Of a DNA stretch of 64,000 nt, positions 42,100 through 55,454 are shown one piece after another (within the stretch, counting starts at the first letter, position 1; each line of letters starts with the position of its first letter). A program made the position numbers and the translations under genes. Below the pieces are notes generated by a model. It saw only the letters and a list, made by a program, of their open reading frames with translations, made no database searches and was not told the origin of the DNA. The stretch is from Octopus vulgaris (Eukaryota): positions 66,774,001 to 66,838,000 of the forward strand of contig OX597822.1 in the NCBI GenBank assembly GCA_951406725.2, in the 5' to 3' direction.

Positions 42100-42740
42100 A
42101 CCCAAGTATATGGTAAAATGGCAGGGTAGAATAGTTTAATGACTTCCGCACGTGCAGCACACTCTAAGGTGAGTACCTCTGACCTGCGTGAGCTCTCTGA
42201 CTCTGGTTGTGTATATCGCATCTATCAGTGGAGAGGTGAAATGCAGAATGTGTGTATAATTTGAATATATGTTCGAGGAAATGTTCCAGCGAAAATAGTA
42301 GATGGATATTGTATTTCAAGCTTAGAAGTTATCGGTCAATTATATTTTCTTGTAAACTAGTGAAAGTATATATATCCTCTAAGATCATAATTGTAATGCA
42401 CAATTAAATCTTCCTTGTGTCGCCTGGTCATCGAATGTAAGACATTTCAATTCTGTATTTTCACAAAAACATTTGTTAATTTACAAGCATTATCAAAATT
42501 AACTATGGCCCATTGCAAATAAGAAAATGCACGTCTTTATCCGTGAACTAGCAACAGGAAAAAGTCATCATCGAAGAGTACAACTCTTATTCTTGAACCA
42601 GAACCACATCCAGTCTTCCGTATCCAAAGATATTTCGAGACTGTCACAAAGTATAGAGGTAAATTGTAGACCCGTTCCCGTCTTGACTGCAAATGTGTTG
42701 AGCGTGGTCGAAAAAATTAGGAGTACCAAAGATAGCAGGT
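42100..42740 (+). mobile_element. Highly decayed piggyBac transposase remnant
   Basis: Manual translation across frames: MVKWQGR, YNLNI..RK, FVIYKH...W....VFIRELA and a Cys-containing tail, in piggyBac motif order. Confidence 0.4.
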
Positions 42741-44169
42741 AGAAAAAAGATGACTGGCCACCGTTGTTGCAAAACTACCAACGGCCCTGCACAGAAAACG
42801 TCACGAAATATTTCAGATATATCTAGCTCTTTACTTATGAGCTGAGAACCATATATATAAGATAGCGAAATAAATGTATTTGAAGTGGAAAGACCTAGAA
42901 TGCTGTTGACAACCAGTTGAAAGAACGTTCCTTCCTCGTTTCTATTTTTATAAGAAATTTTGCTTACCATGTGACACTGCATTTTTATGGGGGGGGGGGG
43001 GGCAGATAGAATGTCTTCGAAGAAATTGTTGCTAATTTAAATTTATTGTACATATCAGGCCGATTTCGAACGAGTGTCTCGTAGTTAAGATGATCAGCCA
43101 CACATTCAACTTTTGATTACGAAACCGACAGTGACACATAACACCACAGTACATTTTAATAAACACGAGATTATCCACAAGCTGGATTTTCCCCAACTAA
43201 TCAGACCTGTACAGGCTCTCTGATCTGTTCCCGTGAAAAATAAACTTAAATTAGAAAGTTATAATGAACCTTATCACTGTAGGTCCAAACTGAATAACTA
43301 AACATGCCAATAATGGAATCCACTCATCTAATAATGTGAAAAAACATTTATTCTTAAAATTAGGGACTCTTCATAAAGGCAACATGCTACAAAATTCAGA
43401 AAAAAGAATACGTTTGTCAGTACTGCCTACATATCTAATAACTGCTTGACCTCATATAAGCATCTCTGATTGTATCCATGTCAAAAAATCGAAAACAGCC
43501 ATGATATGAAAAATTGCCATGCTTCCACGTAATACTCTAGTATCTATAAGACAATTGATTGTATTATCTAAGTTTCTTCTCTGGTCTTCTGACAGCTGAA
43601 AGAATGTTACCTTGTCAGTGCCAGCTGCAATATTGCTTGTACTTAAAATCTGCAGTATTTATCCGCATCTCATTCGCAGAAACCATACCTTTTAGAAAGA
43701 GTTAATAAGGAAGTCTCTACGTAAGCGCTTGACCTGCTACGAACAGAAAATACATGTCATTCGGCATTTCTAAAAAATAGGTAAACATTGGATTATGAAA
43801 TGCTAATTATACGTAGTAAAGAATAGTAACATTCGTAGCACTGTTAATGTGGGTGTCACAAGTGGAACACCTCTAATATAGCAGTCCGTGATCAGTGCTA
43901 ACTCATTGTTAAAGAAAAACCTTGTGTTTTTTTCAGTACATTCGCATCAATCTCAGGAACACTCCCCTCCCATGTTTTAATTCAGTGAACTGAACATCAG
44001 CAAGGTCAATGTAACCCTTTTGTGTTCTTTGTTGAACTGAAAAATATCATATGCTGCTTACCCAAGGCTTCGCAATTTTTAATAATAACAATAACAATAA
44101 TAATAAGAAGAAGAAGAAGAAAAGAAGAAAATATAGATATATATATATGTATGAGTGTATATATATATA

Positions 44170-44206
<37 letters not shown>

Positions 44207-44984
44207 CCTGCTATATATTCATTAATACCTCTTGAAACAACGATTGGAAGTTTGCTTTTATCTAAGATATGTGTGTGTACCTTTGCATATTTCTCTCCAG
44301 TCATATGTTTGTGCTGGTGTATGATAATAACTGTATCTGTATATATATCTATATGTGTGTGTTTGCCAGTGAATGCGCATATATTTTCTTAGTAATCAGC
44401 TACATATTTTTGACGCTCTAATTCATGATCTTCTCACACGATGAATATCTTACTTTATTATATTTTGTGTTATTTATTCTACTATTTGTTTTTGTTACTC
44501 ATCAATTAATCTTTCTTTTGGATTTCTACTTATCTCAGCATCAAACACTTCCATCACACTCTGTCACATACGCTACTTTCATATCGTTCACTTCTAAAAA
44601 TCACAGCTCAAATCCATGTATATCCCCCAACTGAAATAACATTAATGGTAAATGGGTGTGACTGGGGGATGAAGTAATCAATAATTTTCGGTGGGGGTAG
44701 ATAGATAAAGAGATAGAGAAAGGTGGAACGAATGACAAATTCATCTATTTGAGAGACAGACATGCCTGCATATGCATCTCCCTTCCTGTTGCATTTTCCC
44801 CTCGAATACTCATACACGGAAGTATATTCAATTTTAATCATGTGTTATCATTATTTTTTCTCTCATCGTCTACAACGTATTTATCTCAGTCCATCTGTCA
44901 TATCACTCTACTTTAACGTGTGTGCTGTGGAAAATTCTCTGTGCGTGTACCAATCTACATATTACACACATTCATTTGTGTATG

Positions 44985-45141
44985 TATACATACGCTCACA
45001 CACACACACACTCATATATATATATGTATACGTGTATAGAGGGATAGACAGAGAGAGATACATATATACATAAATAGATTCATACATACATACATAGGTA
45101 GATAGATAGATAGATAGATAGACAGACATAGATAGATAGTG

Positions 45142-45196
<55 letters not shown>

Positions 45197-45249
45197 CAGA
45201 TAGACAGATAGATAGATAGATAGACAGATAGATAGATAGATAGATAGAC

Positions 45250-45296
<47 letters not shown>

Positions 45297-45406
45297 CAGA
45301 TAGATTGAAAGATATATAGATATAAGTAAGTACGACCTGCGATATATATATATATACACATACATATATATATACACACATCCATATATATATATATATA
45401 CACAGG

Positions 45407-45438
<32 letters not shown>

Positions 45439-45539
45439 TATATGCACACACACATATATATATATACATATATATATATAGGCACACACATATATATATA
45501 TACATATATATATGCACACACACATATATATATACATAT

Positions 45540-45627
<88 letters not shown>

Positions 45628-45690
45628 TCATGCATATATATATAAATAGATATATATATATATATATTCATGCACATGTAATACATATAT
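44985..45690. repeat. (GATA)n and (TA)n/(CA)n microsatellite tract
   Basis: Directly visible. Confidence 0.95.
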
Positions 45691-46071
45691 GCATGTGTCC
45701 CGCTACAACATTTTTGTACACCCTTAACCACTTAGCTATGCTGTCTTTTACCAGTTCCATTCTGTGTGGGCATCGTAAATCATTCATATTAATCATAACT
45801 ATCGCCTAGATGGCAGCTGAGATAGTGTTTCCATTAGAAACAGTTACAAAATCTCAGTAGAGGAACCGACTAGACAGATGGAACGTTAAGTATTTGCAGA
45901 TAAGATCACGCCATCTTAGACTAATGATTACAGATATGATGATACTTTGCTCATTGGAACATTCCACAACCTATCCACGACGATTACTATCATAATTTTT
46001 TCTTCTTCACCTACATGTACACTCCAACACACACACATGCTGACGCTCATACATACATACGTACATATGTG

Positions 46072-46140
<69 letters not shown>

Positions 46141-46984
46141 ATATATATATACACTTACATATACTTAGTCTGTACGTGCGGTTGTATTTGTGCATTTACA
46201 TAAATATGCATATATGTATATGCACACGTTTATATATTTATATGTTTTTCTCTTACATGCGGCAAATATTTTATAACCATATATTCTATATTTTCGCAAT
46301 ATTATTTTCTTGCTTTGTATTTCTTATCTTATATCTCTCGCTGCTACTTATCTTGTTGTTGTTGTTGTTTTCGTTGTTGTTTTTGTTGTTGTTGTTCTTG
46401 TTCTTCTTTTTTTTTGTGAAGACAACAGAGTAAGAAGAACGATGAAATGGCTGCCAATATTCCCAACAGAATTTATTCAGATCAGTTTTACGGTGTGAAA
46501 TGAAATTTCTTTGCTGTCGAAAAATACATAGCAATTTTGTATTTAAGATAGATCCAATCACCTACTGCTTTTACCCCCAGTATGTGATCAATAATTATAT
46601 GAGAAATCAATATTTTTGTTATATTTGTAAGAAAATGGATACCGGAATTTTTGTGCAAGTTCCACAATAAGTCCACCATGACTTCAAATCAATTTTGTTT
46701 TTGTTTTTTTGTTCTTTTATAGACATTTTCAGATGTCCCTCACTCTACAGCTTCAGATTTAATATTACGGATAGCATTTTTCTTATCCTTCTGCGTTCGA
46801 TAAAATAGAGTAACAGTTAGTCGATCCTACTACTTCCCCAAATATTTGGATATATATAAGTTAAATGACATATAATTTTAACGTGGCATAGTGTAGGCGT
46901 GATACAATAGTGTAGAAAATTATATGTAATGTCGGAACATGGGAATATATATTTATATATTATATAAATGTATGTATGCCAATA

Positions 46985-47345
46985 TTCAGTTTTATTTCAA
47001 GATTTCTTGCCAATAGCGATAGAGTCGGTTTCTAACCTACATCCAAATGTCCTTCGTCGGAATCTTAACAATATCAACAGGGTATTTTGTTTGTATATAT
47101 GTATATAAATATGCCGATTTCTTTGTTTCGTTTTATGTATATATTTTGATATATATAGTTGCATGTCTAGTCATGATCATATATACTTAAATATAAAACC
47201 TCTGGAAAGTTTTAAAGATTTTTACAGTCCCAGTGATGGCTTTTATCTGTGTTTTCCCAATCAGCTTTCTTCTTTCTGGTTTTGTGAAGGCTAATTTCTC
47301 AAAATTGGCATTTCGGCAGTGTGTTTTGAGTATATTTAGACATGT
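46985..47345 (-). mobile_element. 3' end of a restriction-like-endonuclease (RLE) non-LTR retrotransposon
   Basis: Manual translation NFEKLAFTKPERRKLIGKTQIKAITGTVKIFKTFQRFYI* followed by a 3' UTR with aataaa. Confidence 0.5.
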
Positions 47346-47900
47346 TAAGTGAACTGTAGACATGATCTAGAAATTCAGGGATTGCATCAGTAGTAATAAA
47401 GCTTTCTCTAAAATCAAATTGGTGATTTGATAGTACTTTGTTAACACTTAGAAATGACTGTAGTCACTTGTAAATTAACTTTTCAAAAATCTTCGCGAGA
47501 GTAGAGAAGATACTTTTACGTCTGTAGGTACTTACAAGGTTAGAAGCACCTGTTTTATAGACCGGATGACACGTGCCGTTTATAGACAGTCAAAAAATAC
47601 GCTTTGTGCAATTGATTGAGAAAAGAGTATTGCAGTAGGTAAGTTGATTATTTCAACAGTCTGTTTGTAAGTATATGAAGGGACATTTTCATTTGAGTCT
47701 GGTTTATATTTAAGGGAGATTATAACGGATCTCACTTCGTCTGGGGAAGAAGGAAATGCAAAGGAAATTGGGTTACTAGGGCCCATGTAGGACAATAGAT
47801 GGGGGATGGTCAATCGTAAATCGTTAAGAGTTCGCAGGTTATAGGGTTTGCAACTTATGCTAAATGGGTCAATATTTTCGGGTGTAGCCATTATCGATTC
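47346..47900 (-). mobile_element. LINE (CR1/L2/Jockey group) RT N-terminal fragment
   Basis: EVRSVIISLK...PTAILFSQSI...ARVI, then frameshifted YRRKSIFSTLAKIFEKLI...HQFDFR...TTDA (RT domains 0-2). Confidence 0.75.
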
Positions 47901-47958
47901 TGTTTATCATGAGGTAGAGTCACGATCACATTCTCTGCATTAAATTCTTTAGCTGGAA

Positions 47959-48193
47959 TTTTTTTTTTTTTTTTTTGTACTTGTTTCAGTCATTTGACTG
48001 TGGCCATGCTGGAGCACCGCCTTTAGAGTGGTGAAAGAGTACAGCAGGGATCACCACCTCCTGCCGGAGCCTCGTGGAGCTTTTAGGTGTTTTTTTCGCT
48101 CAATAAACACACACAACGCCCGGTCTGGGAATCGAAACCGCGATCCTCCGACCGCAAGTCCGCTGCCCTAACCACTAGGCCATTGCGCCTCCA
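47959..48193 (-). mobile_element. Chimeric SINE: family B head + family A tail + poly(A)
   Basis: Clean junction ctctttcaccact|ctaaaggcggtgctccagcatggcc on minus strand. Confidence 0.8.
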
Positions 48194-48961
48194 ACATCAA
48201 CAATTTTTGCTATTGGAATGCCAGCTGAGATTAATTGAAGTATACATTGCTTCTTCAGGTCTGCAGTGGCCTTGAGTATGATTTTTTTGTTGATCATACA
48301 ATTCTTTCACGTCATCGGATGTGACGTTGGGTGTGCCATTTTTCTTGGAAATCCGAACTGCGTTGGAGTTTGTGCGAGAAATTGGGGTCGGGTAGTTGAC
48401 TCACATTCTAGTGCCGTGGCAACTGGAGATCTGCTAGAGGGTTGAGATTTGGAGCATTCAATTTCTTAGTTGGGGAACCAGATGTTTTATCTTTCGGTAT
48501 GTTGGGGGGCTTGAAAAAATCTTAGTCGAACGAGGGGAGTTGGAACGCATGTTGATATCCGCTAGTCCGTTTGATTTCAGTACGTAATTTAAGGTGTCCT
48601 GAAAACATCCAGATGTTTCATTTCTTTCATGGAAGCAATAACAAAACAACGGGATAGTTTGGTCAAAAGATCATTTAGATCAGGTAGATTTGTCATTATA
48701 TTTCTAGACTTCAAAGAGATTTACTTTTTATGTACGTTTTTGACCACCGTCTTATTTGCATGCAAGGGATAATTTAGTTTTTTTTATAATTATTGACCTA
48801 TTTATTTTTCATTTTTTAATCTCCTACCATTTTGCCCAAATCAGCAATGCTACGAAAAGGCATTTGTTCAATTTCTGAAAAATAATTTTTGTAAGCTTTC
48901 TTATTGTAATCGGTAAAGAAAATATTCGATGTAAATTGAATTAATAAATTTATGTATTTAT

Positions 48962-49025
<64 letters not shown>

Positions 49026-49143
49026 CATTGTATTTAGGAATGGTCAGTTTGCCAGTTTAGCCAATAAAAACACACGCACTATATATTTGGTGTTACTTTG
49101 CTTCAGCGTTATTCATTTTTTACATTAATCTTAATCTTATTTC

Positions 49144-49188
49144 GGCCAGAGTTTTTTCGTCACACGCCTGTGACCTCATCAGCGGTCC
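49144..49188 (-). ncRNA. Minimal type I hammerhead-like motif (left arm)
   Basis: ggaccg CTGATGA g gtcaca-ggcg-tgtgac GAAA aaac TC tggcc. Confidence 0.55.
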
Positions 49189-49257
49189 TTTGATTTCTTC
49201 TTTCTTATTTGTGTGTGTCTCTCCTTACTAACTGTCAGCCATACAAAAAGAAAGCAA

Positions 49258-49303
49258 AGAACCACTGATGAGGTCATAGGAGTGTGACAAAAGAGCTCTG
49301 GCC
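49258..49303 (+). ncRNA. Minimal type I hammerhead-like motif (right arm), core mutated
   Basis: aacca CTGATGA g gtcata-ggag-tgtgac AAAA gagc TC tgg; palindromic agagctct at stem III. Confidence 0.45.
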
Positions 49304-49468
49304 GAAATAAGATTAAGATTAATGTAAATAAGGAATAACACCAAATATATAGTGCGTGTGTTTTTATTGGCTAAACTGGCAAAATGACCATTTCTAAATA
49401 CAACAATATATGTTTCAACACAAGATTTCACATCAAAGATCTTGTAAAACAAATATATAAACGTATCA

Positions 49469-49506
<38 letters not shown>

Positions 49507-49849
49507 ATAAACGAATGAAAAAGAATTCAAAATTTGCTGTTGAACTTGATGTGAAGTTGAGAGGTCTCTTTTTAGCATATGTAGAGAATTATTTATTGAA
49601 TATTGAATTTGTTGGGAGCTTGTTTTAATTTGAGTTGTTATTATGTTTCTCTCATAGTTTTTTTTAAATATAAAGTTCCTGGTGATTTATATTGTTTTTA
49701 TATTAATATTTTCCTCTATCTCTGAAAATATTATTTAATTAGACATCGAAAATTTATTATCGTTATAGTGTATCTGGTGTTATATTCATATCATTTGAAT
49801 TGTTTAATTTATATCATTTGATATGACGATATTTTCAATATTTTCCTCA

Positions 49850-51600
49850 GTTACCCGGTATTTTCTGACTGGGAAATTCGAAAGCACAGTCATTTTTCCA
49901 TGGCGAACTCTGGGAGGTGTTGTTTCCGTTGATTCTTTCCCATTTGGAGCACAAAACACGGATCAAATTTCTGAAAGGAGAAGTTGAGTAGTTAGATCTA
50001 GCCGTAGAAAGCAGGGAAATATATTTGTTGTAGGGCGAATGTTTATACCGCGATAAGGGCCGGCGCACATAATCATGGGTATAAAAATTTCCTTATGAAG
50101 ATTCCGCACATTAGGATTAGTAGGTGACTAGAATGCCATTTTGAACGAAGTCCGGAAATGCTTGGGCCAAACCGATAGAAAAAGAACTGACAAAAGCATC
50201 ACAAAGCTACTCAGATATTTCTAGTCAATGACCAGTGATTACCGGATTTCCTAAGGATGCAAAAATGGACGGAAAACAACGGCCTCCTTCATCTACATTG
50301 TGTCTAGAAAGATATTTAGTAGGACACCCAAGAAGGATGTGCACGGTCAACCAAAATAAGATACATATACAGGGACTCAGTTACTTAATGCTGATTACAT
50401 TGTTCTCGATTCCAAACATTTAAGGAAACCGGATTTGCAAGTTGGTTTTGTCTAAATTCAATTAGAATATCTAAACAGTCACAGTACCATTTTTAACGAC
50501 CAACATATTAAGCAGAGGCGGCACATACATACTCGCCAGTTCAATAATTTACTGCCTGACCTTGAGCAAGTCCGCGTTTGGCCAGGCTGGAAAGTTTATT
50601 TTTTTCCATCCTGAGGAAATGACGCTTTCCTTTTGTCAGACATTCCATCAATTGCCAGCGCTCCCTAGAAGGCGAGATTGGTATGCCGTAGCTATTAATT
50701 CGTTTGCAGACACGCGCTGCCACGACGCCACTTACATATTTTCCTATACTGTGAACCGTTTTAAAGCGTAACATTCAGCAACTCATTTCTTTGACGAAGC
50801 TACTGCCCTGAGTCAAGAAAAGAACAATATTGGGCGACTTGTATCGATAATGTCGTGAGGCGTTCAGTGCCCTCTGCGAGTCGAGCAATGCGATCGGTGG
50901 AACTTTTACATTAGCAATATCGGGAAATCTAATGATGGGTAACAACGATGACGTTCTAGGGAAAACTTTAGGTATCCACAAAGATGAACTAGCTGGGTTG
51001 TTTCGGAGGTCATTTGGTCCTGGTTCTATTTTGGATAACTTTCGGAAATACCTTGCCTGCCATTCCTAGTGAGGAGCACTGCCAGTATGAGAAAAACGCG
51101 ACAGGCACGAAAGACCGTCATGCACGACATGCACACAAAGCGATGAAACCATACTGCACTCCTTCGTCCAAAATTTAGGATTTATGCGGAACAGCTGTTA
51201 TTGCGTAAAGATGAATCTGACTATGGCGGAATGTATCGTTAGGATTGACCCACCAACCACCTTTAACATGGCTAGGCAGGTAATGTTCCTTTGTCTGGTG
51301 ACTATGGTAAAGGAAGTCGTGTCGCGGACGAGACAGAAAGGATTGAATAAAACACCTTATATCGTCACAGCCTCACTGGCTATTTTATGATCGAATTGAA
51401 AATAAAATTGATGCTGGAGAGAAAGTGTTATCTCCCTGTGAATTTATGACTGTGGCAGACATGAGTAGAGTGAATGACCGTAATCTAAGCGTGCGCCTGT
51501 AGATTTGATAACAACATCTGGGTGAAGGCTAGTGCCTTTGGTGTTCAAGGTAATATTGGATCTGTGGCGTTCCTTTATTGGCTCTAGTTTGAGTTTCTCT
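49850..51600 (-). mobile_element. Very degenerate retroelement remnant, possibly BEL/Pao RNaseH-integrase
   Basis: Higher-GC non-repetitive block with only scattered motif-like pieces (NNPA, WERI); assignment weak. Confidence 0.25.
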
Positions 51601-51775
51601 TGAATCAGGAAGACCGCATTATTTATGTTATCACATACTTTGTATACTATATCTCATTCCACCATCTTTTCCATTTCTATCTCTTCATATTTCATGCACC
51701 ATCCAGCTCACACACATGTAGAATATACTTGTGACGGTACCCTTATTTATGCTCCAGTCACTAATAAAAGAAACC

Positions 51776-52970
51776 ATTATTATTATTATTCAGTAGTCTT
51801 ATCTTTATCACCTGCTTTCACTGCATTATCGAGTGCAGCACTTTGTGCCTTGAGCATTTACTGTGGTTTGTTGTGATGCTTTTATTGTCACTTTATTGAA
51901 AGCGTTTTACGTAGGATGTGTACGGTGCCTAGTAGAGCATATTTTCTATATGTTATATATACTTGCTAGTCCTGGTGTTCTTGTTATGTATTTCTCTGAA
52001 TATTTTATTATCATACCTAATGCGCCTACTATCATAGGATTTTTTTCTGTTTTTAGACTCCAGATTCGACTTACCACTATTTCTAGATCTTTGTATTTTG
52101 AAAGTTTCTCCTCTTCTTTTACAGAAACATTGTCATTTGTTGGTATTGATACAACTAGAAAGCATTTTATTTATTGGCCATAATTTCTCTATCAGTGTGT
52201 ATTGGCATATCCAAGAGTATGGTTGCTTTCTCATTTTCTGTGACCTTTTCTGGCGTGTGCCTATACCATCTTTTTTTCTGCTGTTATTCCATGTGTTGGC
52301 ATAGCTTCCAGTGTATAGAGATCCCATCTATGTCGTGTCTTTGAATATATCCCATCTAAGCTAGGAGCGCGTAGCCTAGACTATAGGATTTATTGTTTCT
52401 TCACCAATTTCATATATTCCGCAGTTAGTTAGTTAGTTAGTTAGTTAATTTTTGCCTCAAAAGCAAAAAGCAAGGCCATGTAGGGGGACATGGTGTTAAG
52501 TACAGGGTGGTGTTCATGTAAAGAGTTCCGGCCACTTGAGGTCAAGAGAGACTTTGAACAAAGCGGTCGTCGGCATCTTCACCATCTCGTCTGGCAGCTT
52601 GTTCCACGGATCCGCAACCCGGACGGAGAAAGCTCCTCTCCTTCGATTGAGATGAAATCGTCGCAGGTAGAGCTTTTCGGAATGACCCCGCAGCCGACGC
52701 TCTGGAGCAGGAGTGAAGAACAGCTCTTTCGAGAGGTTACACTTTCCGCTTATGATGTTGTGAGCGAGAATGAAATCACCACGGCGGCGGCGTTTTTCTA
52801 GAGAATAAAGGTCGAGCGTCCTCAGCCTTTCTTCATAAGACAAATTTTTGAGACCATGAACCATGCGGGTAGCCAGCTTCTGGACTCTTTCGAGATGCTG
52901 TATGTCTTGCGTTTCATTTTATTACATGCTTTTGGTACTTTCTGGTGGGAAGGCTTTGATCTTGTTTCTA
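51776..52970 (-). mobile_element. Dong/R4-clade LINE 3' end, interrupted by CR1
   Basis: QDQSLPTRKYQKH, GEETINPIV, ENEKATILGY..TDREI, KLSKYKDLEI, IVGALGMI; (TAA)n tail at 51776-51790. Confidence 0.75.
52423..52909 (-). mobile_element. 5'-truncated CR1 LINE, young
   Basis: Uninterrupted ORF2 C-terminus LERVQKLATRMV..LSYEERLRTLDLYSLEKRRRRGD...RGH...FSVRVADPWNKLP; short 3' UTR and (AACT)n tail. Confidence 0.92.
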
Positions 52971-52995
52971 TTAATATTAGTATTGTTGTTGCTAA

Positions 52996-53503
52996 GGCGG
53001 CAAGCAGGCACAATCATTAGAACGCCGGGCGAAATGCTCAGTGATATATTCGCCTGTCCCTACGTTCTGTGTTCAAATTCCACCGAGGTCGACTTTACCT
53101 TTCATCCATTTGGGGTCGATAAATAAAGTACCTGTTGATTACTGATGTCGATGTAATTGACTATCCCCTTTCCCTAAATTTCAGTTCTTGTGCCTATAGT
53201 AAGGATTCTCCTTTTCTTCTTCTTCTTCTTCTTCTTCTTCTTCTTCTTCATAATAATAATAATAATAATAATAATGATAATAATAATAATAATAAGGTGA
53301 ACTGGCAGAATCGTTAGCACGCCGTAGAAATGCTTAGCGGCATTTAGTCCGCCTTAACGTTCTGAGTTCAAATTCCGCCGAGGTCGACTTTGCCTTTCAT
53401 CTTTTCAGGGTCGATACATTAAATACCAGTTGAGTACTGGAGTCAATGTAACCGACTGACCCCTCCACCCCAAATCCAGGCCTTGTGCCTAGAGTAAAAA
53501 AGG

Positions 53504-53544
<41 letters not shown>

Positions 53545-53590
53545 CAATGCGAGCTGACAAAACGTTAGCACGCCGGGAAGAATGCTTATT
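52996..53590 (+). mobile_element. Tandem cluster of family D SINEs separated by (CTT)n/(AAT)n/(ATT)n
   Basis: Copies at ~52996-53205, ~53295-53503 and a head fragment ~53548-53588. Confidence 0.85.
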
Positions 53591-54199
53591 ATTATTATCA
53601 TTGATGTTGCTGCAGCTGCTGCTGCCTATTTTGTGTTTCTAAATAGTAAAGCTACTCTTGTGTATGCTGGGTTCTTCATAATCACGTGGTGATATTCGAC
53701 ATGCCCATCTTAACTACTATCTACGATCACAGGATTGATTCTCACTATAGTCCGAATCAAAATTGTAGCATCCCATTACACACTCTTCCTTGCGTAAAAG
53801 CTATCATATTCCCTTCATTTATTGTGACGATTATGGAGATTATGGAGATACTCAAGAAGTCTCTAGCGAATCTGGTGTTTTTCTTTTTCTGTTTTCTATA
53901 ATTTTTTTTACCACCTGTATGCGCGAATCTCCGCATGTTAATATGAACGTGAAATAATGGATGCAAGTAAGACAGAAATGTGTTTGTGTACGCATATATA
54001 TCGTTACATACTTTCTCCCATTCCTGTATACGTATACAGCAGTAGACATGTACACACAACAGAGAGAGAGGGCGGGTCCCCGCACACTATTACACAGGTA
54101 CACAGGTACATACACATATACATGCTTAAACTCTCTTTTCATTCTCTCTCAATATACAGGCAGATGGACAGACAGAAAAACAGATAGATAGATAGATAT

Positions 54200-54254
<55 letters not shown>

Positions 54255-55405
54255 CATTGAGAGAGATATATAGAGAGAGATAGAGAGAGTGGTACTTGCA
54301 TTTATACATGCATACATACGTTTATGCATGTATGGTCATACGTGTACACATACACACATTTGTTCGAAGGTACATCTGTGAATATCCTCGTAGATCATGC
54401 CAATAGCGCTGGCGCCAAGCTGACGGCAATTTTAAACTTGATCAATGGTGCCCATTCCGAAAACGGGAGGGGAAAACATCTTCGTCGAAGAAATTGTCTG
54501 AATTTGTCGTGAGGTTTTGCTAAATCAGACATAAATAGAGACATCATAGTAGGATAAATTGAGAGATAGCGGAAAGGGAGAGAGGGGGGAGAGAGCGAGA
54601 GAGAGAGAGAGGATGTGAGTAGAAGAATAGAACGAATCTAAAATGGCGGGGGAATAGATAGTGATAGCGATGGAAAGCACGCTCGGATAATGATAAGAGA
54701 AAAGAGTAAAAGAAGAAAAGGAACCTTGACAGGAAGACATAAAAAGATACAACGAAAGAAAGACAATAATAATAAAGGGAAGGCAATAAAGATTTCGAAA
54801 AAGATATAGGAAATGTATAAATAAATATAGGCAAAAATAAAATAAAAGTTAAAATAAACTGACAAAGGCCAGAGGAAATAATGTCGGAAAGAGTAGAGGA
54901 GAATAAAGAGGTAGGTTTATAAGAAGGCAACTAAGCTGGAGAATGGACAGCATTAAGAAATTACGAAAATATATAAATGTAGGTAAAAAGAATATGGAAA
55001 ACACACAAGAAATACATAAATTAAGTGGTGAATGAAGAGAAAGATGGAGGAAGTGTATTATTAAATGTTTCTTCTCACTCTTCCTTCATCTTTATATCGT
55101 TGTTTACTTAGATATCTACGTACTTTCCTTTAGTTCTTGCCTACTAAAAGCTCCTTTAATTCTTTTATTGTATTTTTATATCCTTCTCTTCAAGGCGTTC
55201 CATTTATCTTGCCCAGTATATTCGTTCAAATAATTTTATTTTGAGGGATTTTCGCCGTGCTGTTTCTCCTTTTAATCTGGGTACACAGATTTTGCATAAG
55301 TAGGACTGTAGCATGTAGATCAGATGTCTCAATACTATAAGGAAAATCATATCTATCTATCGAAGCTGACCACGAAGTTGTGAAACTGAAAGAAGTCTTG
55401 TGTGT

Positions 55406-55454
<49 letters not shown>

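Larger units (their letters stand above)
49028..49403. repeat. Long inverted repeat (~170-bp arms, ~40-bp spacer), probably inverted Penelope pseudo-LTRs
   Basis: Arms are near-perfect reverse complements; each carries a CTGATGA hammerhead-like motif; (ATT)n on both sides. Confidence 0.85.

Noticed and set aside
43611-43649. 39-nt minus-strand micro-exon candidate
   Set aside because: No polypyrimidine tract; lies next to what looks like old degenerate SINE sequence
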